Under the pieces are notes generated by a model, which made no database searches, was not told where the DNA came from, and worked only from the letters and a program-made list of their open reading frames with translations. Below, piece after piece: positions 63,090 to 64,000 of a stretch of DNA of 64,000 nt. The DNA comes from Octopus vulgaris (Eukaryota): the NCBI GenBank assembly GCA_951406725.2, contig OX597814.1:125364001-125428000 (forward strand), given 5' to 3'. The position numbers and the translations under genes were made by a program. Positions within the stretch are counted from its first letter, which is position 1. The number at the start of each line of letters is the position of its first letter.

Positions 63090-64000
63090 TTAGTCAATAC
63101 AGTGCTAGTCCAAGGAACGAAGTAGATGGTATACATCAATCTACTATGAAGGAAAAAATAGAGCACTATAGGAGAATGAGACTTGTACTGAAGACTGAAC
63201 TCAACTCTAAAAACCACTTCGAAACCATTAACACTTTGGCACTTCCAGCTGTCCAATACATTTTAACATTATTAAATGAAATCCTACGGAACTCCAACGC
63301 TTGGACAGAATGACAAGAAAATTATTGACATCCGAGAACATGGACCACCCTACGGCAGACGTAGACCGTCTGTAACTACCTAGAAGCAGTAGGTGAGAAG
63401 AGGAATTATACAATTAAAATTTTGCTATAAAACCTCTAATATAGGAATGAACAGGTACTTATCTAGAATAGAGGAGGACTGGATACTGCGACTTGTGTAC
63501 AAACATGAAAACGGCAATAAGTCATACTCTATTGTCAAAGAAGCTTATAAATTTGAAAGGGAGCTTTATATGAACGCGGAGTTAGATGAGGGATCTGAAA
63601 ACCATTGCTACCATGCAAGCAAAAGGAATCAAACAGACTTCAAAAAAGAACGGAGAGAAACAGATTGAGAAGTGGTGGAACCAGAAGCCCCTGCAAGAAC
63701 AATACATTCTCCGAAGCCAAAATGCTGATGTATACCATGCAACAACCCATCAGTGGATGAAGAGCTCAGGATCGAAAGCAGAGACTGAGGGCTTCATACT
63801 GGTAGCACAAGATCAAACCTTGCTTACCAGGTTAACGTTCTCTAAATGCAGATTATGTGATACATTTGACGAAACAATAGACCATCTCGTTTCGGGTTGT
63901 CCTCTCCAGCACCAAACGAATACAAAAATCGCCACGATAGGGTAGGACAATATTTGCATTGGAAAATATATTAACACTACAAAATCGGCATTCCTGCTTA
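63090..64000 (+). mobile_element. R4/Dong-like LINE (RT thumb to zinc knuckle), runs off window
   Basis: LDRMTRKLL, HPTADVDRL, RGIIQL, KAETEGFILVAQDQ, CRLC..DETIDHLVSGCP and RHDRVGQYLHW motifs. Confidence 0.92.

Overview
This is eukaryotic, AT-rich, microsatellite-dense DNA with no recognisable host protein-coding exon, so it is intronic or intergenic. From the SINE families and simple-repeat landscape I infer a cephalopod, most likely Octopus; no database check was possible. The window is a mosaic of transposable elements. There are about 25 tRNA-derived SINE copies (A, B, D and E are my working labels; the others are MetaSINE-like). CR1-group LINE 3' fragments include one uninterrupted RT ORF (44396-45965). 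Also present are R4/Dong-clade RLE LINEs, RTE LINEs, Penelope-like elements (RT, GIY-YIG, pLTR pieces), Tc1/mariner/maT and hATm remnants, MITEs and Helitron/Helentron-like elements. Most ORFs in the supplied track are microsatellite artefacts. The most notable observations are: (1) several type I hammerhead ribozyme motifs, including an intact core fused directly to a CR1-type 3' tail in a 134-bp insertion (11248-11381) and one downstream of a Penelope ORF (31668-31714); (2) a 246-bp fold-back duplication inside an R4 LINE; (3) a young CR1 insertion bracketed by a duplicated Helitron 3' terminus; (4) a micro-inversion that splits a LINE between inverted Helitron-like copies; (5) recurrent long hairpins, several in or beside (TA)n tracts. 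Boundaries of degraded elements are approximate.
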